Positions 58,791 to 64,000 of a stretch of 64,000 bases of DNA are shown one piece after another (the first letter of the stretch is position 1; each line of letters begins with the position of its first letter). The stretch covers positions 29,869,250 to 29,933,249 of the forward strand of contig NC_069369.1 in assembly GCF_021730395.1 (NCBI RefSeq). Direction: 5' to 3'. Under the pieces are notes generated by a model. The model saw nothing but the letters and a program-made list of their open reading frames with translations. It had not been told where the DNA came from and searched no databases. The position numbers and the translations under genes were made by a program. The stretch is from Mercenaria mercenaria (lineage: Eukaryota).

Positions 58791-59059
58791 AACACATGCA
58801 TTTAATTATTATATATTCATTTTTGTCTCTGCTTAATGTTATTCGAACCTGAAATGCTAATAGATAAAGGATAATTGTTTGTTTAGAGGGAACATAGAAT
58901 AGATCTAGATCTTGGCGTATATATCACTGAGAAGTGTGGACATTTAAAAAAAGTTCACGAGCGCGTAGGTGAGATATATGTATTCCATATTCACTCAAAA
59001 CAAACACATTTTCTTTTTAGCTTTTCTGATAGCTCGATGTCCGTCGTCCGTCGTCTGTC

Positions 59060-59400
59060 TGTAAACATTTAGCTTGTGTATGCGATAGAGGCTGTATTTT
59101 TCAACTGATCTTCATGAAATTTGGACAGAATGATTGCCTTGGTAAAATCTAGACCGAGTTTGAAAATGGGTTATCTAGGGCCAAAAACTAGGTTACTTTG
59201 TCAAGTAAAAAAAAAAACAAACAAACTTGTGTATGCGATAGAGGCTGTATTTTTCAATTATTCTTCAAGAATTTTGGTCAGAATGAGTACCTTAATTAAT
59301 GAAACCTAGACCGAGTTTGAAAATGGGTTATCTTGAGTCAAGGACTAGGTCACTAGGTCAAATAAAAAACCCTGGTGTATGCAATAGAGGCTGTATTTTT
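59060..59400. repeat. Tandem repeat, about 165-bp unit x 2.3 (cttgtgtatgcgatagaggctgtatttttcaa...gaccgagtttgaaaatgggttatct..actaggtcactaggtcaa..)
   Basis: Direct repeats read in the sequence. The ACTAGGTCACTAGGTCAA block is shared with the 28690-29290 satellite. Confidence 0.8.
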
Positions 59401-59495
59401 CAGATGGGAATATCCGACTCTCGGGTAACTGTTTAGGCGGAACTCGGTAGGAACCTCGTTACTGCCTAAACAGTTACCCTCGAGGCCGGAAATTC
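59395..59495. repeat. Palindrome (about 40-bp arms) GGGAATATCCGACTCTCGGGTAACTGTTTAGGCGG / CTGCCTAAACAGTTACCCTCGAGGCCGGAAATTCCC
   Basis: Read directly in the sequence. Confidence 0.85.
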
Positions 59496-60039
59496 CCGTC
59501 TGCACCTATAACCAGTGAAAGAATCTTATAGTCTGCAATACATTTCAATCTCAGTGCGGGAAACAGACGCGCATAAACGAACATAACGTCAGACGTGTTT
59601 TGGCGTTAGAAAAACGCAAACGACATTTCTATTTCTTCTTGCTGCATAACCACGCCCGGTAAACAACAGAGGACACAGCCAGTTTGATTGTAGCCTACGT
59701 GAATACATTGTACTTCGTACAAATAACAGAGACGCTGTGAATTTATCATTGTATGCGCACGTTCAAATGCACTTGTGAATCAAATATTCTAAGTTTTAAA
59801 CAGTTATAGATCTAGCTCTACTGATTTATCAGCTAATTAAAATTTATAGGACAACTTTTTGTAGAGTTATGATGTATACATTACGTGTGTTAACAATGTT
59901 CGCATTACAATAGCAACCTTAATTACATATACAATACCTGACCAAATGACTATTTCGATCATCTGAATGTTAGAAATTCGTGTATTATTGAAATTCTATT
60001 CTAATATGCTTGCCTCTGTTTAAACACACTTACGCTGGA

Positions 60040-60215
60040 ATGACGTCACATTCACGTGCGGTGACGTCAACGTTTTTGTTGCGACCAAGAAAGAGCGCTT
60101 CTATATCTTATCTACTGTTTTATATTAAGGGCATATTAGAATCGAAATGATTTATAGCACAAGCGTGTTTTGACACTATTTATACACTCGGGTGGTGATA
60201 CGTCGTTAAATAATT
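60040..60215. repeat. Dispersed repeat copy related to 53955-54385 (two TGACGTCA motifs + ..AGCGC.. + catattagaatcgaaat.atttatagca..cactatttatacactcggg)
   Basis: 60128-60205 is about 85% identical by eye to 54293-54370. CRE-like motifs lie upstream in both copies. Confidence 0.7.
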
Positions 60216-61429
60216 TTGCTGTCGGGAGAAAATTGGAAAAAAAATGTCGAAAAACATTTTGATAATCTTATGAATTATTATTTTCTGTTTCTTGAGTTAT
60301 TTTATGAATAGTTATTAAGAAAGTAGATCGAGAAATCGACTGAAATGTCTAATTTTCGCGGGTTAAACTATTCTATCTTGACGATGTCATAAGCCCAACT
60401 AAAGACCCGATGAATTCTGTTTGCAGATGAAAATTGCGTTATCGCTATTCTTGCATAAAACACAACAAAGTGCTGAAAATAACAGACATTTAGCAGCGTA
60501 AATGTAACAAAGAAGGAAAATTGCAAACTGTTCCATAGAATTTTTTTTTAAACTTGGTATGATTATAGAAAATCACATCAGGAAGAAATTTATGCCCTTG
60601 AAAATGACCTAAAATAGTAAAACTCTCAGATTCAAGGGCAGATAACTCAAAAAGTAGGACGGTGACCCCCGATTTTTTTATATATACATCTTACAATGAA
60701 TTTAACAACGAACTCAGGACACAACTTTCATCAGGTCACTGGGAAATGAACTTTGCGTGAAACCTGCATTCCAGTTCTTTGGGATTTTTCTTGTATATCA
60801 TGCAGCAAATGTCTTTTGTTGTCAGAGCATCCAGATTTTAATAAAATGGAAGTGTTTTCCCTATTTCAGGATTTTTACTCTAAATCAGATTATTATTGTA
60901 TACCTTTTTCGAAAAAATACCTTTTAAGATTTCTGTTACTTTCCTTTTACTGAAGGAATTTTTACATGCACACTGATTCAGTCAGAACAGGATATGTTTG
61001 AGTTTCATAAAATGACAACTTAAAGAAATAACTCACTAAGCAAAGCAGTACATGACTGAACTGAATTGTTTTCTAAACTTAAACCTCAGTGCCCTGAAAT
61101 CCGCTTTAGGACGGATTACACCAAACCGGTAGTGACTACTCAGTGCTACATGCAAATTAGTCAAAAATGTTGTTTTATCTGATATAATGACTCGTATGAG
61201 GAGGTGACAGTTCTATTTGGCGTAGTAACATTGCTTATTGTATTGAAAAATGATTATAGCAAAGGAAAAAAATGTTGTTCAAACAGATTTTCAAATTCAA
61301 ATTGTAACATGTTTTCAGGAAGAAAACAGGTTTTAAATTTTCAGGATATGGTTTGAGTTAAATAGTTTGTATTATATTCTCATGTGCATGTTTAATAATG
61401 TTATAAAATGGTTTACTGAACTATGCATG

Positions 61430-61625
61430 TATGTACATACTGTAAAATCATTTAATTTCGTGGTCATGAAATTTCGTGGTTTTGGTCAAAACAGCAATTT
61501 CGTTGGGATATGAATTCGTGGATTTCAACTTTTGAACATAAAATGAATGGGAATTTTACTTGTTCGTTGGGATTAAATTTCGTGGATTGATTCAACTACG
61601 AAATCCACGAAAATTAATCCCCCAC
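61430..61625. repeat. Cluster of 7 copies of the motif (A)ATTTCGTGG(A/T)TT (5 direct, 2 inverted) ending in a 20-bp hairpin GGGATTAAATTTCGTGGATT / AATCCACGAAAATTAATCCC
   Basis: Read directly in the sequence. Confidence 0.8.
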
Positions 61626-62279
61626 GAATATTAATGATTTCACAGTATAACTGTTTTAATTTTAGTAAGAATGAACAAAAATGAAATATATTTATCAAAG
61701 AACCAACACAAAAGTATTTCTTCTCTTTTTAATGAGTGTTATTCAGATCGAACAAACAGGTATAATTATAAATATTAAAATACTGTTTTGCTACATTTCA
61801 TATCTGAAAGATGGAACACTTCAACACAAAATATCTTGGTACACAAAATGTATGGGACATGCTTCCTTAAACAAGAGCAATGTTAGACATGGCTAATCCC
61901 CCAGCCGGGCATATTATAATTGAAGGCTAAAGTTCCTGGCAAGTTAGTGTCTGAAAGTATTAATTTTGGGGAAAGCTTTGAAGAACCGTTTAGTCGTGGC
62001 CGCATCAGGGGTTTTAAAGATGTGAAAGAAAGAATAAGTCAGTAGTGAGGTGGTTTACTGCTAAATTTTATTAATTTTCATGAACAGTATAGCTATGATG
62101 TTTTTCTATACGGCTACTGTAAAAAGAAGGAATGGAAAGCTAACAGGGAACAAGAGTCCCAGAATGTCACAATATACGCCCGTCACAGCAAATTTCTTTA
62201 CTCTAGCAGCTGTATTTGCAAATGGAATTTTAATTTTGTGGTTGTTTAGTAATCATTCTAAGTCTTTTGTTTTTCTAAG

Positions 62280-63055
62280 TCCATAAAAAAACTCCTTACA
62301 AGGTAGAGTCCTTAAAATACACCTAAAATTGGAAAGTAACATCTATGTTGTACCACAGAAAAGTGAACTTGTTTTTTCCCTATGTTCATAATTTAAAAAA
62401 AAAATTGAAAGTCCACACAAAAATATTAACCAGGTAGAGATTGGTAAAAAAAACACCTCAAAACTGGATGTAGCATGCACGTTGTACTACAGAAAAGTGG
62501 TCTCGATTTTTTCCTATGACTAGTAATGAAAAAGTTACAATAAAAGCTTTTAAAGTTACAACAAAGGTAGGTAATTCTGCGCATGACACTTCGTCTCATG
62601 ATGGTGTATAATTGTGCCAAGTTACATCAAAATCTCTCCATGCATGAAGAAGAAATGCTTCTGACAAAGTCATTCTTGTATCTGACCTTTGGCCTCCGAG
62701 TGTGACCTTGACCTTAGACCTAGATCTTGCACAAGACACTTCGTCTCGTGGTGGTGAACATTTGTGCCAAGTTATATCAAAATCCCTCTATACATGAAGA
62801 AGATATTCTCCGGACAAGGTTTTCATTCTTGTATCCTTTGACCTCTGTGACCTTGACCTTAGACCTAGGGACCTGGTTCTTGCGCACAACACTCCGCCTC
62901 GTGGTGGTGAACATTTGTGCCAAGATATATCAAAATCCCTCCAGGCATGTAGAAGATATGCTCTGGACAAAATTTTTTTAAGAAAATATGATAAAGGGGA
63001 ATAACTCAAACAAGAGGGCCATGATGGCCCTGTCTCGCTCACCTGAGTACCATTG
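62280..63055. mobile_element. Third satellite-carrying element: GTTGTACCACAGAAAAGT module (62340, 62475), tandem array of about 150-bp units x 3 (62575-62990), then the AACAAGAGGGCCATGATGGCCCTGTCTCGCTCACCTG terminus at 63008
   Basis: Array monomer gcacaagacacttcgtctcgtggtggtgaacatttgtgccaagttatatcaaaatccctc.a.acatgaagaagata.tctccggacaagg... Shares the terminal and subterminal modules with 37975-39375. ORFs 62727..62981 and 62788..63060 are artefacts. Confidence 0.65.
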
Positions 63056-63124
63056 CTCAAAATTATATGTTCGTTTTAAACCAATCTCATTAGAAGCTGC
63101 TAAGGTGTATTCATTTAGATAACA

Positions 63125-63900
63125 AGAGCTGTCACAGGAGACAGCGCGCTCGACTATTTCGATGCTGGATAGTGAAACTGGGCACATCTGAGGAAACTAA
63201 GAGCTGTCACTGGAGTGTTTAATGACTCCAATTGTGGATGAAGATATTGCACAATAGCCTGAGTTTATGTCAAAAATATCAACTTAAAGTAATAAGAGAG
63301 GTAAAGATAAAATGTATCAAAACACTATATAAGTATATCTTACGCAAAAGGGGCATAATTCATTAAATATTGGTGACAGAGTTATGCAGCTTGTGTCATA
63401 TAGTGTGGGTTATGATGTTGAACAACTATTTTAAGTTTGAATCAAATCCATTCAGTAATAACAGAGACAGAGTGAAAGTGCATCAAAACTTTAACCTAAA
63501 ATTCTAAGTAAAAAGGGGGAATAATTAATGAAAAATTGGTGCCAAAGTTATGCAGCTTGTGTCATATAGTGTGGGTTATGATGTTGAACAACTATTTTAA
63601 GTTTGAATCAAATCCATTCAGTAATAACAGAGACAGAGTGAAAGTGCATCAAAACTTTAACCTAAAATTCTAAGTAAAAAGGGGGAATAATTAATGAAAA
63701 ATTGGTGCCAAAGTTATGCACCTTGCATCAAAAAAACTCAAAAAATAGGCAAGGTAGAGTTACTGTTCTTGCAAACTGCACTTCCTCCCAATGTGTTCTA
63801 TCAGTGTATGAAGTTTGAAGGAAATCCCTCCAGTACTTTTGGAGTTATGCTCCGGACAAAGATCGTTGCGGACACACGCACGGACAGAGAGCATTTCTAA
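63125..63900. mobile_element. Fourth satellite-carrying element (continues to the window end): header AACAAGAGCTGTCACAGGAGACAGCGCGCTCGACTATTTCG (same type as 26053), tandem array of about 165-bp units x 2.6 (63290-63720), (ACGCACGGAC) tail motif at 63870
   Basis: Array monomer ..aaaactttaacctaaaattctaagtaaaaagggggaataattaatgaaaaattggtgccaaagttatgcagcttgtgtcatatagtgtgggttatgatg.. shares the AAACTTTAACC..AAAAGGGGG..ATAATT blocks with the 26110-27650 satellite. Confidence 0.65.
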
Positions 63901-64000
63901 TATCCCCTTCGCCTTTGGCGGGGGAGAAACAAGGCAATTGGTAATACCAATGGATTCTTCCCTTACCAATGGAGGGTCACATAAGGACAGACTTGGAGTA

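Noticed and set aside
58372-58797. 141-aa minus-strand ORF and 176-aa plus-frame ORF (58306..58836) overlapping the Pro/Ser-rich exon
   Set aside because: They are antisense or alternate-frame readings of a 39-bp tandem repeat. Only the 58203..58790 frame connects by splicing to upstream exons.
60740-60960. Open frame after a good acceptor (aactttcatcag|) that could extend the 53-58.8 kb gene
   Set aside because: It is AT-rich and low-complexity with no clear donor. The 58200-58790 exon already ends at a TAA, so continuation is unnecessary.
1-64000. Prokaryotic-style features (operons, RBS-led ORFs, CRISPR arrays, defence or toxin-antitoxin systems, integrons, phage genes)
   Set aside because: None are supported. 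Long ORFs are absent except repeat artefacts, and genes are split into short GT-AG exons. Repeat content is typical of a metazoan nuclear genome, so the 'undescribed system' framing does not apply to this window.

Overview
This 64-kb window is eukaryotic nuclear DNA, not prokaryotic. It is AT-rich, densely packed with interspersed and tandem repeats, and its genes are built from small GT-AG exons. I found no operons, ribosome-binding-site-led ORFs, CRISPR arrays or defence-island organisation, so there is no prokaryotic system here. The repeat content (satellite-carrying transposon-like elements, abundant MITEs, tRNA-derived SINEs) suggests an invertebrate, possibly a bivalve mollusc; this is a low-confidence guess.

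The main gene occupies about 1-25,217 on the minus strand. I traced at least 25 exons with canonical splice sites and an unbroken reading frame across every junction. They encode an orthologue of telomerase-associated protein 1 / vault protein TEP1. The conceptual protein contains TROVE-domain segments that I can align from memory to human TEP1, for example PTRVALVTMAQKVICYDPEFVLK|VALYTRKQLNIRTTANFMLALASHMPACRPYLKKYFSASIALPSDWIEVAEIYS and DFDKYQLAKYN. A vWA-like MIDAS segment (VIFDSSTSMY) follows, then a DUF4062 domain split over two exons ([17 protein letters not shown]...[10 protein letters not shown] | LCLSEVSRCQFFVGILGERYGWVP). The gene runs off the left edge of the window before the expected NACHT and WD40 region. 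Its introns hold about ten copies of a piggyBac-type MITE flanked by TTAA, a second hairpin MITE family fused to a SINE-like module, a tRNA-derived SINE, and a roughly 58-copy 27-bp minisatellite that gives spurious 400-aa ORFs on both strands.

From 25 to 64 kb the sequence is mostly repeats. It contains several non-autonomous elements with terminal inverted repeats of 16 to about 500 bp that carry internal satellite arrays, complex foldback structures, a family of perfect hairpins sharing a CTCGGG core, many CRE-like TGACGTCA octamers, and arrays of short palindromic motifs. One candidate plus-strand gene lies at about 53.0-58.8 kb and encodes a novel protein ending in a 13-aa Pro/Ser/His-rich tandem repeat. 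All coordinates were derived by eye without tools and may be off by a few bases.
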